Positions 1 to 9,951 of a DNA stretch of 64,000 bases are shown piece by piece (position 1 is the stretch's first letter; each line of letters opens with the position of its first letter). Origin of the DNA: an uncultured virus (IMG/VR IMGVR_UViG_3300010883_000016) (lineage: Duplodnaviria > Heunggongvirae > Uroviricota > Caudoviricetes); IMG/VR virus record IMGVR_UViG_3300010883_000016; one strand, written 5' to 3'. The notes below the pieces were generated by a model. It was not told where the DNA came from and searched no databases. It was given only the letters and a program-made list of their open reading frames with translations. The position numbers and the translations under genes were made by a program.

Positions 1-1
1 A

Positions 2-433
2 GATGAGCTGAGAAAAGAACTAGGCGGAATGTCTTATGAAGAAAAGCTAGATGGGCAGTATGCGCCGGACGAAATAAGTGAGGATATAGCTGTTGACTAT
101 AATGAGCCACTTCCTGAGGGATATGCTGATGCACAACCCGAACCGGAGCCCGAGGTGCAGCCGGCCACTGAGGTTGTGCGGCAAGGAGTACCTGCGGTTG
201 ATATGTCGCCCGATCAAGGCGCGGCCTCTATAGACAGCTACGATCAGCTTGAGGAGGGCGCTTCATATAGCGTTGTATCAGGTTCGTCTGGGTCTTCAAA
301 GGTACTTTCTGAGTTTACTTTTTATAACGATAGATTAAAAATGGGTCCGGCGTATAATTTAATTAGTGTATTTTTCTCCAATCCTAATTATAGTATAATG
401 AGGTCCGAAGAAGCAGCCGCGTTGGTTGGTTAA
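2..433 (+). CDS. Hypothetical acidic protein, probably 5'-truncated by the window edge
   Basis: Frame is open from position 2 through the ATG at 29 to the stop at 433. Confidence 0.6.
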   Translation, partial: DELRKELGGMSYEEKLDGQYAPDEISEDIAVDYNEPLPEGYADAQPEPEPEVQPATEVVRQGVPAVDMSPDQGAASIDSYDQLEEGASYSVVSGSSGSSKVLSEFTFYNDRLKMGPAYNLISVFFSNPNYSIMRSEEAAALVG

Positions 434-465
434 TAAAATGTAATAAATTTATATTTGGAGTTTTT

Positions 466-723
466 ATGTCTATGAAAATACATATTTTAAAATATGACAA
501 TCCAGATATAGCTATAAAGTCAATAAGAAGGCTTGATTCTATACCAAGCATTCCTGATGGTAAGAAGCTTGCTGATGCTCAAATAATGAGACACGTTGCA
601 AACGCTGCGTCAAAAAAATCTAAAACGCTAAAGGAGCGCGTTAAGTGCAAAAAGGTTGTTTCTATTTATACGTCTTATATTATAAAGCTAGAGAGAAGGA
701 TTAGAAGTTCGAGGAACTCTTAG
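466..723 (+). CDS. Hypothetical basic protein
   Basis: GGAG RBS upstream; abuts next gene. Confidence 0.6.
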   Translation: MSMKIHILKYDNPDIAIKSIRRLDSIPSIPDGKKLADAQIMRHVANAASKKSKTLKERVKCKKVVSIYTSYIIKLERRIRSSRNS

Positions 724-1266
724 ATGATTTTTAGAAATATATTGCTATTTTCTCTTTCACTATTTTTAATGGGGTCTTCTCCGACATACATACCCCCTAT
801 AGTAGACGAGGCTTTTAATAAATCTTCGCCCAAACAGACTTTGAAGTGGAATTTAACACCAACAGTAATAATATGTGACCATGCCCCAATAAGCAAAAAA
901 GAGATTGACTCTGCATTAGATTGGTGGAGGAATATTGGTTATATATTTTATGGCCCATATATGGGCGGACTCTATAATAAGAAGTGCCTTGATGACTCTC
1001 CAGTTGGATATATACTCGTAACTTTAGTTAGCGGTATAGACTATAACCATAATAGCCTTGCTACAACGAAAATATATTCTAATACAAATACTAATGAAAT
1101 ACTATGGAGCATAATAGAATTAAAGCAGGGCTTGGTCAAGGAGAGGGTCCTTGAGCATGAATTTGGACACTCCATTGGTTGGATGCATACAAGCATAAAA
1201 GGCAGCATGATGAATCGCACGCTGCCGAATGGGGGATGGAGCAGCGACGGGCTTGTTAGGGAATAG
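724..1266 (+). CDS. Matrixin-like (metzincin) zinc metallopeptidase, secreted
   Basis: Signal peptide; HEFGHSIGWMH plus Met-turn (SMM). Confidence 0.8.
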   Translation: MIFRNILLFSLSLFLMGSSPTYIPPIVDEAFNKSSPKQTLKWNLTPTVIICDHAPISKKEIDSALDWWRNIGYIFYGPYMGGLYNKKCLDDSPVGYILVTLVSGIDYNHNSLATTKIYSNTNTNEILWSIIELKQGLVKERVLEHEFGHSIGWMHTSIKGSMMNRTLPNGGWSSDGLVRE

Positions 1267-1294
1267 TTTATTTAATTTAAAATAAGGATATGAT

Positions 1295-2248
1295 ATGGCT
1301 ATAGATAAAATATTTTATAACGAGGCAAGCTCCGCAAAGCTTGGGTGGGAGCCTTCTTGGTTCGGGGCGGAAGAGTTTGATGACAAGCTAATATCTTCAA
1401 TAATAAAATGGCAAAAAAAGAGTCATCTTCTCGGAGATGGGCTTGTTGGTCCAATGACATATCGGAGAATATGGACAGAAAGAGAGGCTGAGATATCTAA
1501 TTTTCTTCCATCTTTAGACTCATTATATGCGTCTATAAACTCACAGTGCAGGGATAGTCATTATATTGTTCATAATGGAAAGCACCTGCCTATAGATTGG
1601 GACCGGGTCGTCTTATGGGACCAAGAAGGTGGCCTTAAATCAAATACTGGTACGTATACATCTTATGCCGGAAAGGCAGATAGAGAGCCGACTATGTTTG
1701 TAAATCATTGGGACGTATGCCTGTCATCAGAGTCATGTGCTAGGGTTCTAAATAAAAGAGGCATATCTGTTCATTTTTGCATAGATAATGACGGAACCAT
1801 ATATCAACTTCTAGATACGCAGCATAAAGCTTGGCATGCCGGTATAGCAAGATACGAGGGCGGTAATTCCAAGGGGATCGGCGTAGAGATCGCAAATGCA
1901 TATTATGTAAAATATCAAGACTGGTATGTTAAAAACGGGTTTGGAGAAAGACCTATCGCAAAGGATGCCATATGCCACGGAAAAAAGATGGGCGAGTTCT
2001 TAGATTTCTATCCAGTTCAAATTGACGCACTGATGGCCCTGTGGAAGGCGATTCATAAGGGCCTTGGAATACCACTAGAGTGCCCCGTGGATGCGTCGGG
2101 GAGCCCAGCTCTGGGTGTCGATAAAGACTGCGAGCGTGGGCAGTTCCACGGCTTTGTAAACCATTACAACTTTACGAGAAATAAAATAGATTGCGCCTGT
2201 CTGGATATGGATTCGCTCATCAAGAGGGCGAAGAAAGAGTCGGAGTGA
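1295..2248 (+). CDS. N-acetylmuramoyl-L-alanine amidase (Amidase_2) with N-terminal peptidoglycan-binding domain; probable endolysin
   Basis: WQKK..L.GDGLVGPMT PG-binding motif; SVHFCIDNDGTIYQ, AWHAG, IGVEI, H..KIDC amidase motifs. Confidence 0.85.
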   Translation: MAIDKIFYNEASSAKLGWEPSWFGAEEFDDKLISSIIKWQKKSHLLGDGLVGPMTYRRIWTEREAEISNFLPSLDSLYASINSQCRDSHYIVHNGKHLPIDWDRVVLWDQEGGLKSNTGTYTSYAGKADREPTMFVNHWDVCLSSESCARVLNKRGISVHFCIDNDGTIYQLLDTQHKAWHAGIARYEGGNSKGIGVEIANAYYVKYQDWYVKNGFGERPIAKDAICHGKKMGEFLDFYPVQIDALMALWKAIHKGLGIPLECPVDASGSPALGVDKDCERGQFHGFVNHYNFTRNKIDCACLDMDSLIKRAKKESE

Positions 2249-2311
2249 TTCATTGGGCATGTAAAAAAAAGAATCTACACAAATAAAACGTATAATAAAA
2301 ATGTATGGTGA

Positions 2312-2824
2312 GTGATGGTTGTTAAGCATAAGTTATTTTTACAATGGTGGCTCTTTGCCTCTATATTGTCGGTTGCGGTAATATACGCATGGAGCGGTGG
2401 CGCATTCCACCTGCTATGGAATGTTGATTTTACAAAAATTAGTTTTTTTATAATTGGATTATTTGCATTATCATCTATTTTTTGTGGAAGAATTGCGTGG
2501 AGATTAAGCAAATACTTAAATCATAAAAGCCATGATATTATTTTAGTAAAAGAGTTGGAAAGAGATATTGATGCAGGTTGGTTTATTAGTGATTTGTTTT
2601 TTACAATAGGTATGGTTGGTACCGTGATAGGGTTCATTGTTATGCTGAGTGGATTCGACAGCATAGATTTTGGAAATCCAGATACTACAAAGCAAATGAT
2701 TGGAACGCTAGGATCTGGCATGTCAACTGCGCTATACACAACGCTAACGGGACTTGTGTCTAGTGTATTGCTCAAAATACAATGCTTTATATTGGATTAT
2801 GAAATAGAGAGCCAAAAGGAATGA
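2312..2824 (+). CDS. MotA/TolQ/ExbB proton-channel family membrane protein
   Basis: IGMVGTVIGF and GMSTALYTTLTGL transmembrane motifs. Confidence 0.8.
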   Translation: MMVVKHKLFLQWWLFASILSVAVIYAWSGGAFHLLWNVDFTKISFFIIGLFALSSIFCGRIAWRLSKYLNHKSHDIILVKELERDIDAGWFISDLFFTIGMVGTVIGFIVMLSGFDSIDFGNPDTTKQMIGTLGSGMSTALYTTLTGLVSSVLLKIQCFILDYEIESQKE

Positions 2825-3474
2825 GGCACAAGGGCAATAACAGTCTTGCTTTTTTAGATTTATTGTTTAATACATTATTATGCTTTGTTGTATTATTTAC
2901 AATATCGTTTTTGCTAATAAACCCAATTCAAGATGATAAAAAGATAGATGTTAAGGCAGAGTTTCTCATAACTGTCAGCTGGCCAAGTGAATTGAAAGAC
3001 GACGTTGATGTATATGTAGAAGACCCTGTTGGAAATATTATATCTTTCAAAAAGAAAGATGCAGGGCTTATGCATTTAGACAGGGATGATCTTGGGCATA
3101 AAAATGACATAATAAGCACATCTGCCGGGAACATAGAGTATAATGAAAACAGAGAGGTTGTAACTTTACGAGGAGTATATTCTGGCGAGTATACGGTAAA
3201 TATACACTTATATTCAAAATCAAAATCAGAAGACATTCCTGTCACCGTAGACATAGAGAAGTTAAATCCATACAAAAAAGTTTTGTTAAAAACAGTTACT
3301 CTGACTAAAGCGGGAGAGGAAAAGACTGTGTGCAGAATTAGAATCGGAACAGGAAGAGATGTTGAGTCAATAAATTATTTGTTTAAAGGATTAGTCTATG
3401 GCTCTCCAAGTATGGATGATCATGGGTATTATAGAGATCTTTTGGATGATTACTCGGAAGAGTATAGGCGTTAA
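2821..3474 (+). CDS. Single-TM partner of the MotA/TolQ-like protein (ExbD/TolR/MotB-like TM with Asp)
   Basis: N-terminal LAFLDLLFNTLLCFV helix with Asp; ATGA overlap with the upstream gene. Confidence 0.6.
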   Translation: MRHKGNNSLAFLDLLFNTLLCFVVLFTISFLLINPIQDDKKIDVKAEFLITVSWPSELKDDVDVYVEDPVGNIISFKKKDAGLMHLDRDDLGHKNDIISTSAGNIEYNENREVVTLRGVYSGEYTVNIHLYSKSKSEDIPVTVDIEKLNPYKKVLLKTVTLTKAGEEKTVCRIRIGTGRDVESINYLFKGLVYGSPSMDDHGYYRDLLDDYSEEYRR

Positions 3475-3477
3475 ACA

Positions 3478-4029
3478 ATGAGCTTAGGGTTTAGTTTTTT
3501 TATTTTAAGCATTATAGCTTTGTGGGTGTTTATAGGGTCAAAGGGAAACTGGCTGGCAAAAGCACTCCTTATTTCTTCGATTTTATATTTTTTTGGCTCT
3601 GTAAATAGCTCTATGGACTCATTTTCAGGATGGCCAACAAATGATTCTTTGCCAGAAAAGTTTCAGGTTTATTGGTTTGTAATAGATGAGCCGAATTTAG
3701 CAAACAATAATCCTGGAAAAATATATATATGGGTTATTGATATAGGTGAGAAAAAAGAGTATAGTAATTACGGCTGCAATGGATTGTTTTTAAGCTTTGA
3801 AGAAGATCATTATGGTAAACCAAGAGTTTATGAGATTAAATATTCTACTAAAATGCATAAGAGACTCCAGGATGTGTTACCGAGCCTGTTAAGAGGAGCC
3901 ACCGTTTTGGGCGGCAAGAGGCAAAGTAAGGACGATGATGCTAGTACAACTTCAGAATTAAATGATAGTGATGTCAGTGATGAATTTATGCTATATGATC
4001 TTCCAGAAGTTTTAATCCAGCCAAAATAG
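3478..4029 (+). CDS. Membrane protein, third gene of the MotA/TolQ-like module
   Basis: Two N-terminal hydrophobic helices; operonic spacing. Confidence 0.6.
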   Translation: MSLGFSFFILSIIALWVFIGSKGNWLAKALLISSILYFFGSVNSSMDSFSGWPTNDSLPEKFQVYWFVIDEPNLANNNPGKIYIWVIDIGEKKEYSNYGCNGLFLSFEEDHYGKPRVYEIKYSTKMHKRLQDVLPSLLRGATVLGGKRQSKDDDASTTSELNDSDVSDEFMLYDLPEVLIQPK

Positions 4030-4081
4030 ATTAAAATACAGTAAAATAAGTTATTATAAATAACATTTTTGAGGAGGTTGC

Positions 4082-4597
4082 ATGTCTTTACCAAGAATCC
4101 ATATCGCTCCAGATAAGGTTTTGAGAGAAGTTTCTAATGAAGTTAGAGAAGATGAATTTGGAGAAGATTTAAATTCATTTTTAGAAACAATGACTAGCGT
4201 AATGAATGAGAATAACGGAGTAGGTTTGGCCGCAATTCAAATAGGAGTTAAAAAAAGAATAATAGTTGCAAATATTGATAATGAGCCAATAGCTATGATA
4301 AATCCAGAGGTATTAAGTGTTGGAGGGGCAACCAGCAAGGTTGTCGAAGGATGCCTTTCTGTGCCAACTGTTCTTGAGGAAATAGAGAGGCCTTCGTCTG
4401 TAGTCGTAAAATATATGGACAAGGGCGGAAACTTCATAGAAGAAGAGTTTAAGGGCTTACCTTCACATATAGTCCAGCATGAAATAGACCATTTAGATGG
4501 AATAACTATATTAAATAAAATAAGCAGATTAAAGCGAGACATATATAGGAGAAAGGTTAATAAGCTCAGAAAGAAGCTTAAAAGATATTTATTATAA
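4082..4597 (+). CDS. def: Peptide deformylase
   Basis: GVGLAAIQIG, EGCLS, QHEIDHLDG motifs; GAGGAGG RBS. Confidence 0.95.
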   Translation: MSLPRIHIAPDKVLREVSNEVREDEFGEDLNSFLETMTSVMNENNGVGLAAIQIGVKKRIIVANIDNEPIAMINPEVLSVGGATSKVVEGCLSVPTVLEEIERPSSVVVKYMDKGGNFIEEEFKGLPSHIVQHEIDHLDGITILNKISRLKRDIYRRKVNKLRKKLKRYLL

Positions 4598-4683
4598 AAT
4601 ATATTTAAAATTGAATTATATATTTTAATTTTGTAATATTATAAAGAATAATTAAATTCATTTTATTACAAAGTTAGGCGAAT

Positions 4684-5268
4684 ATGAAATTCTTATATAC
4701 ACTTTTATTTATATCAATTCTGAGTTGCGGATGCGATAATGAAGTTCCTGATGACAATGTGTCTTATGATAGCGACATTGAAGAAGAGGAAAGTCCAATA
4801 ACATGGACGGAATGTGGTTATCAAATTGGCGAAAATCCGTGTGATTTCTCCCTTGTAGACTCAAACGGGAATACCTTTAATTTATATGAAAATTATGGAG
4901 ATGTGCTTCTTATAGACTTCTCCACGATGTGGTGTTATTACTGCCAAGTTGCTGGGACGCATGCTCAGAGGATGCAGGACCAGTATGGCCAGTATGGGTT
5001 TCAGCATGTTACTGTTCTGATAGAAGATAATTACGGAAATACAGTAGAGCGTTCTGATCTTGAATACTGGGTTGATACATTTGAAATTACAACTGCGCCA
5101 GTTCTTGCTGGAGACAGAAGCCTTGTGGACTTGACTGCAGAGAATGGGTATCCGATAAGCGGATGGCCAACATTTGTTCTTATAAATAGAGAGATGGTGC
5201 TGGAGTACGGCGTTAATGGCTGGAGCGAAGAGCTGGTTACATCTTGGGTTGAGAGTACAGTTTACTAG
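4684..5268 (+). CDS. TlpA/redoxin-family thioredoxin-like lipoprotein
   Basis: Lipoprotein-like signal; DFSTMWCYYC (CxxC) and GWPTF cis-Pro motif. Confidence 0.8.
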   Translation: MKFLYTLLFISILSCGCDNEVPDDNVSYDSDIEEEESPITWTECGYQIGENPCDFSLVDSNGNTFNLYENYGDVLLIDFSTMWCYYCQVAGTHAQRMQDQYGQYGFQHVTVLIEDNYGNTVERSDLEYWVDTFEITTAPVLAGDRSLVDLTAENGYPISGWPTFVLINREMVLEYGVNGWSEELVTSWVESTVY

Positions 5269-5277
5269 GGGTGCGTA

Positions 5278-5601
5278 TTGAAAAAGTCCACACTCTTGTT
5301 GCTCCTAATGGCATGCAGACATCCTCCTCTTGAGGAGAATGAATTCGGGGACTTGTGGTGGGAGCTTGAATCTTATCCGATTTGCTTTAATATGCATAAT
5401 GAAACCAAACAGCTATTGGTATATGAGGACAGAATGGTTGAAGCTGGAGCCTGGCTCTTTGGGGAGCCTAATGTATATAGCGTTGAAGATAAAAGTTTTT
5501 ATATTACTTATATAGGTAATAATTGTTGGAATGTAAATGAGCACCGGCCCGGCCTTTCTGATAATGCTTGTGAGTGCACGCTAATACCATGGTCTAATTG
5601 A
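5278..5601 (+). CDS. Hypothetical lipoprotein
   Basis: MKK-hydrophobic-LMAC lipobox. Confidence 0.55.
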   Translation: MKKSTLLLLLMACRHPPLEENEFGDLWWELESYPICFNMHNETKQLLVYEDRMVEAGAWLFGEPNVYSVEDKSFYITYIGNNCWNVNEHRPGLSDNACECTLIPWSN

Positions 5602-5756
5602 TGAAATTTTTAAAAAACAAAGCTTTGTTATATGGCGCAATAGGGTTAAACCTGGGGCTATTTGGACTTGGATATTTTTTAACCGATATTTCATTAATGA
5701 TTATTTCTTTAATATCAATGGTCTTATGCTACATAGGTACTGCAAGGTTAGAGTGA
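5601..5756 (+). CDS. Small two-TM membrane protein (51 aa, not in ORF track)
   Basis: MKFLKNKALLYGAIGLNLGLFGLGYFLTDISLMIISLISMVLCYIGTARLE; fills the intergenic gap, TGATG coupling. Confidence 0.5.
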   Translation: MKFLKNKALLYGAIGLNLGLFGLGYFLTDISLMIISLISMVLCYIGTARLE

Positions 5757-5762
5757 ATTATT

Positions 5763-6014
5763 ATGTTTTATAAGTATGAAAAAGATGCGATGTGGGGCCG
5801 CAAATGTCCTAGGTGTAATTCTCAAATTGTTTGGTCTATGGCAGACAGGGGGGCTGGATCAAGAACATCAGCAAGATGTAGCAAAAGTCCGTTTAATTCT
5901 GTTATTACAGCCAGCATAAGAGAGCTTAAATTCTGCCATTGGTCCGGCGAGGCAATAAGGCAGGGTGATGGTAGTGTGAGGATAAAAGACGCTGATGGAA
6001 TATGGCTTAGGTAG
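5763..6014 (+). CDS. Hypothetical Zn-ribbon-like protein
   Basis: CPRC plus two further Cys. Confidence 0.5.
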   Translation: MFYKYEKDAMWGRKCPRCNSQIVWSMADRGAGSRTSARCSKSPFNSVITASIRELKFCHWSGEAIRQGDGSVRIKDADGIWLR

Positions 6015-6032
6015 TTTAAATATGAGGTAGGG

Positions 6033-6818
6033 ATGAAAGGTTTGTTTAGAGTTTTAATTATTTTGTTATTCACAGCTTCTTGCACAGGGATAGATGCTGA
6101 GCCGGCACAGAACAAGGTTGGTGTTTTAAATATAGATGGTGGTGACTCGGTGGTGGAAATAGCAAATTTTCCAGTTGCTGGCTTGTCAGTTCAAGAGTCA
6201 AGGGTTAGGCGTGCAGCCGTAAAGGTTTTGGCCCAATATGGGCATGGCTCTGGAATATATATGATGATAAGAGGGTTCCCTGTAGTTATAACAGCAGCAC
6301 ATGTTGTTAGCGATCCAGGGACAATAATGTATAAAGTAAGCAGCGGTGAAGGTGAGGTTGTTGACGCAGTTAGAATTTATTTTGATGAAAAAATAGATGT
6401 TAGTGTTTTGCTCCTTGGTTCTAAAATGAAGACTAGGGATTATATAAAGTATCAAAAATCAAATAGTATATCTAAAGTTGGAACAAGGCTCATATATTCA
6501 GGATACCCGTCTTCTCATGAGCTGCTCACGATACGAGGCATGGTTGCTGGATACGGGACTGTCGGCAGAGAGACGGTCGTATTGATGCATGGATATGGGT
6601 GGTTTGGCTGCTCTGGATCTGGAATATTTGATGAGGTTGGCAACTTTGTTGGTATCTTATGGGGCGTTGACATAGAGGGCGTTGCGGGGTTGCCACAAGT
6701 TATAGAAGATATAATATGGATAACTCCTGCGAATAGAATAGATTATAACGCCATATTAAAAGGTGCGTGTATGAGTTCTGGAAGCACAAGGCATATGTGC
6801 AAAAAATATATAGAGTAA
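6033..6818 (+). CDS. Trypsin-like serine protease, lipoprotein
   Basis: TAAH, DVSVL, GCSGSG catalytic motifs; lipobox TASC. Confidence 0.85.
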   Translation: MKGLFRVLIILLFTASCTGIDAEPAQNKVGVLNIDGGDSVVEIANFPVAGLSVQESRVRRAAVKVLAQYGHGSGIYMMIRGFPVVITAAHVVSDPGTIMYKVSSGEGEVVDAVRIYFDEKIDVSVLLLGSKMKTRDYIKYQKSNSISKVGTRLIYSGYPSSHELLTIRGMVAGYGTVGRETVVLMHGYGWFGCSGSGIFDEVGNFVGILWGVDIEGVAGLPQVIEDIIWITPANRIDYNAILKGACMSSGSTRHMCKKYIE

Positions 6819-6827
6819 TAGTGTAAG

Positions 6828-7151
6828 TTGTCGTGCATAAAAAACATTGTTAGGCTAGAAGGGCTATCATGCATAGAGTTGCATGAAGCATCTTCTTCGA
6901 GCTTTGGTATAAAAAAAAATATATACAGAATAAAGGAAACAGATTATTTTATAAAGGTGGAGTATTGGAAGGGGGATAACTTTTACTCTTATGATACAGA
7001 TTATATTGAATTCATAAGTATTGATAATTTAAAATACCCAAATGATATGCATAAATATAGAAAGATATCTATGCAGAATTGTTTAAAGTTATTGCCTGAA
7101 AAAGCTCAAGAGGAAGTTTTAATGAACTTAGATTTATTTGTGAGTATTTAA
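6828..7151 (+). CDS. Hypothetical protein
   Basis: ORF in operon orientation. Confidence 0.5.
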   Translation: MSCIKNIVRLEGLSCIELHEASSSSFGIKKNIYRIKETDYFIKVEYWKGDNFYSYDTDYIEFISIDNLKYPNDMHKYRKISMQNCLKLLPEKAQEEVLMNLDLFVSI

Positions 7152-7319
7152 ATATGTTAAAAAAAATAAAAAATTGGATGTATTGGAGGGGCGTAAGTGT
7201 AAAAGATATTGTTTATGCCACAATCGCGCTGTCTACACTGGTGGGACTTATAGTTTTTTCTGCATTGATAATTATAAACTTATTATAGTAATAATAATTT
7301 ATTATAACGAGGAGACGGC

Positions 7320-8195
7320 TTGTTACGTTTTTTGCCAAAGTTATTTTTAATTATATTTATGGTGGGGTGCAAATCTGATATAGCATTACACGACAAATCC
7401 GAAGATCATGTTGTTATCGATTCATTTGTACAGCCAAACCAGCTTGAGGCTCTGGATGTATTAATAGCGCTTGATACATCAGGCTCAATGAGTGACAACT
7501 ATGATGATGTTGCGGACGGGATGGAGCTCCTTAGGGGTGACATTGAGTCTTTAACGTTGGATTATCAATTTGGATATATAACGATGGATCCAAGCAGCCT
7601 ATCTTATCTTGGGCCATATGATTCGTCATCAACTGCGATTGACATGCTCATGGCCCCAAGCCTTTTGCCGATGACAAGGCTAGAGGAGGGATTCACTTCG
7701 ACGTATTCTTTTTTTTCCTCGGAGGACGGATGGGCGTTCAAGCGTCCAGAGGCGGACTTTCTATTGTTTTTAATATCTGATGAAGATGAACAGAGCCCGA
7801 TAACTGCATCGTTATTCCAGGAGTGGTTGCAGGATGAATTTAAATATGTAAATCATGACGTTGTTTGTGTTGTGATTCCTGACGATGGAGGTGGCGGTAG
7901 TTGGCCGTATGATATTGGATATAAATATATTGAGTTAGCAAATTTATATGGAAAAGATATCGTAGACATACAGCAGGAGGACTGGTCCGCATGGCTATCA
8001 TCATCTTCTTATTTAACAAGAACGAAGGACTATGTAGAGCTATCTCAGGTTCCGATAAGAGACTCCATTGTGGTGTATTTAGATAATGTAGTGACGTATG
8101 AATGGGCATATAATGAAGAAGAAAACGTTGTTTATCTTAGTTTTACTCCAAATTACGGCTCTCTTGTTGAGGTTGGGTATGAGGTAGAGTCATAA
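7320..8195 (+). CDS. VWA-domain lipoprotein
   Basis: Lipobox MVGC; MIDAS DTSGSM and ISDEDEQS. Confidence 0.75.
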   Translation: MLRFLPKLFLIIFMVGCKSDIALHDKSEDHVVIDSFVQPNQLEALDVLIALDTSGSMSDNYDDVADGMELLRGDIESLTLDYQFGYITMDPSSLSYLGPYDSSSTAIDMLMAPSLLPMTRLEEGFTSTYSFFSSEDGWAFKRPEADFLLFLISDEDEQSPITASLFQEWLQDEFKYVNHDVVCVVIPDDGGGGSWPYDIGYKYIELANLYGKDIVDIQQEDWSAWLSSSSYLTRTKDYVELSQVPIRDSIVVYLDNVVTYEWAYNEEENVVYLSFTPNYGSLVEVGYEVES

Positions 8196-8309
8196 TGATA
8201 ATTATTGCTAAAGCATTATTATATTTTGGTTTAAATATAAATAGTAAAAACATCTTTATAGTTTTCAACTAATATTTTGTTTATTGTTGAGTATATATAG
8301 GGCTTATTG

Positions 8310-9293
8310 ATGAGTAATAAATTAGAACAATTATATAATTATTTAAAAGCCAATTCGTTTGATGGTGAAGCCGAGCAGATTCTTAAAATTGCAGGTCTGA
8401 CCCATGATGAAATGATGGAGGCTTATGGCCAACCATCATGTTGCGGTGAAGAATTTAAGCAGGGCGGTTATGACTGGGAAGTTATATGTCATGAAGATGA
8501 TGATGAGTATCAATATAAATTAAAATGGAACAGGCCCGGGGCGTGGGTTGCTAAAAAGAATCCCGATAAACGTGACGGCAATTGGGCGGCAAAGGCTGAT
8601 GCCTGGGTTACGCTCGATGCTCATAGAAAAAACGTATTATCTAAATGCAAAGATAGAGAGCTTACGATTGAGGAGCCCGAGATGGATGTGCCTTCTGGAC
8701 CAGATGTTATCGGGTATGGCCCAGACTCTTGGATGCTATACGGAGATCCTGACCCTGACCAATACCGCTCCACCACCACCCAGCCCGAACCACCGCAAGA
8801 GCCTGTTGCTACAGAAGTAAGAGTATTTACCGACGAAGAAGTATTTAATTCACTTTCTGAACCTGGCGGATATGCTCCGGCAGATCCAAAGTCTATAGGC
8901 AGAAATGTTCTTAGACCTCAAGATAATTGGGTTGATAATATAGTTGCAAATTTTGCAGATTATTTTGTTACGCATGAAGAAGCAAGTTTTAAAGAGTGGA
9001 AGAAGCTTAATAAGCCTGACACTGTGCCATACGTTGTGACAATGAGGCCGAGGGGCTATGGCCAAAGAGAGAATATAAAGAGTTTCTTAATAGCGCGACA
9101 TGGTGATGAACAGTATAGGATATTTGGGAAACCACGCGGTTCTGAGCAGGAGACGGTTCTGAATTGGTATGGGCTCGAAGGTCTTCATGGCTATATAAAC
9201 AGAAATAAACCAGGAAGAACTAAGGAGACCATTAAGGATAAGCTGGAGAGGTGGAAGAGAGAGCGTAGTTTTAGAGATAGAGGAAAAAAATAG
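8310..9293 (+). CDS. Leader-family protein (divergent leader), unknown cargo
   Basis: N-terminus MSNKLEQLYNYLKANSFDGEAEQILKIA. Confidence 0.7.
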   Translation: MSNKLEQLYNYLKANSFDGEAEQILKIAGLTHDEMMEAYGQPSCCGEEFKQGGYDWEVICHEDDDEYQYKLKWNRPGAWVAKKNPDKRDGNWAAKADAWVTLDAHRKNVLSKCKDRELTIEEPEMDVPSGPDVIGYGPDSWMLYGDPDPDQYRSTTTQPEPPQEPVATEVRVFTDEEVFNSLSEPGGYAPADPKSIGRNVLRPQDNWVDNIVANFADYFVTHEEASFKEWKKLNKPDTVPYVVTMRPRGYGQRENIKSFLIARHGDEQYRIFGKPRGSEQETVLNWYGLEGLHGYINRNKPGRTKETIKDKLERWKRERSFRDRGKK

Positions 9294-9309
9294 GTGGTAA
9301 GAAATAAGT

Positions 9310-9756
9310 ATGTCTAGTGATTTTTATTTAATGGTTTTGCAGATACCCGAAGTGGTCACACTAGAATATATCAAATCACTTAGAGAGAAGGCAGCATCTA
9401 TTGATATGGAGACTGCTTATATTTTGAATACCTTTATAAGCTATGATATAGAAGATATAGATGTTCCGGGAGAGTTAGAGGAGGAGGATCTGTATAATTT
9501 AAATAGTGATAGTCTAAAGATAAAGCATGCGGCGAAACAACATCTTGTTGACGCAGTAGATTGTATTTTAGCCCCAAGAATTGGCTTTGAGCGAAGAGCA
9601 AAAATGTCACTCTCTGCTGCTAATGTAAAATATATTAATATTGATGACCATACCTATGTTGTATCTGGATATGAGTCCAGTTACTCATCTAAAAGCCCAT
9701 CTAAGGCTTATTCTTATTTGGTTGCTTTAAACATATCAAGTATTATTAATTTATAA
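9310..9756 (+). CDS. Hypothetical protein
   Basis: 148-aa ORF in operon orientation. Confidence 0.6.
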   Translation: MSSDFYLMVLQIPEVVTLEYIKSLREKAASIDMETAYILNTFISYDIEDIDVPGELEEEDLYNLNSDSLKIKHAAKQHLVDAVDCILAPRIGFERRAKMSLSAANVKYINIDDHTYVVSGYESSYSSKSPSKAYSYLVALNISSIINL

Positions 9757-9774
9757 ACATTATATAGTGACAAA

Positions 9775-9942
9775 ATGAAATATTTAGTTTTTGCTATATT
9801 ATTTTTAATTGGTTGTCCCAAAAAGACTGAAGATGTTCCAGTGTATATGGCGCCAATAAAAGAGCCCTTTGGGTTAGAGGATGAGGACCTTGATGATCTT
9901 CCAGAAGCTGATGATACGGGAGAGTATTTTGAAGAAGAGTGA
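9775..9942 (+). CDS. Small acidic lipoprotein (55 aa, not in ORF track)
   Basis: MKYLVFAILFLIGC lipobox followed by an acidic tail. Confidence 0.55.
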   Translation: MKYLVFAILFLIGCPKKTEDVPVYMAPIKEPFGLEDEDLDDLPEADDTGEYFEEE

Positions 9943-9951
9943 GTGATATAA

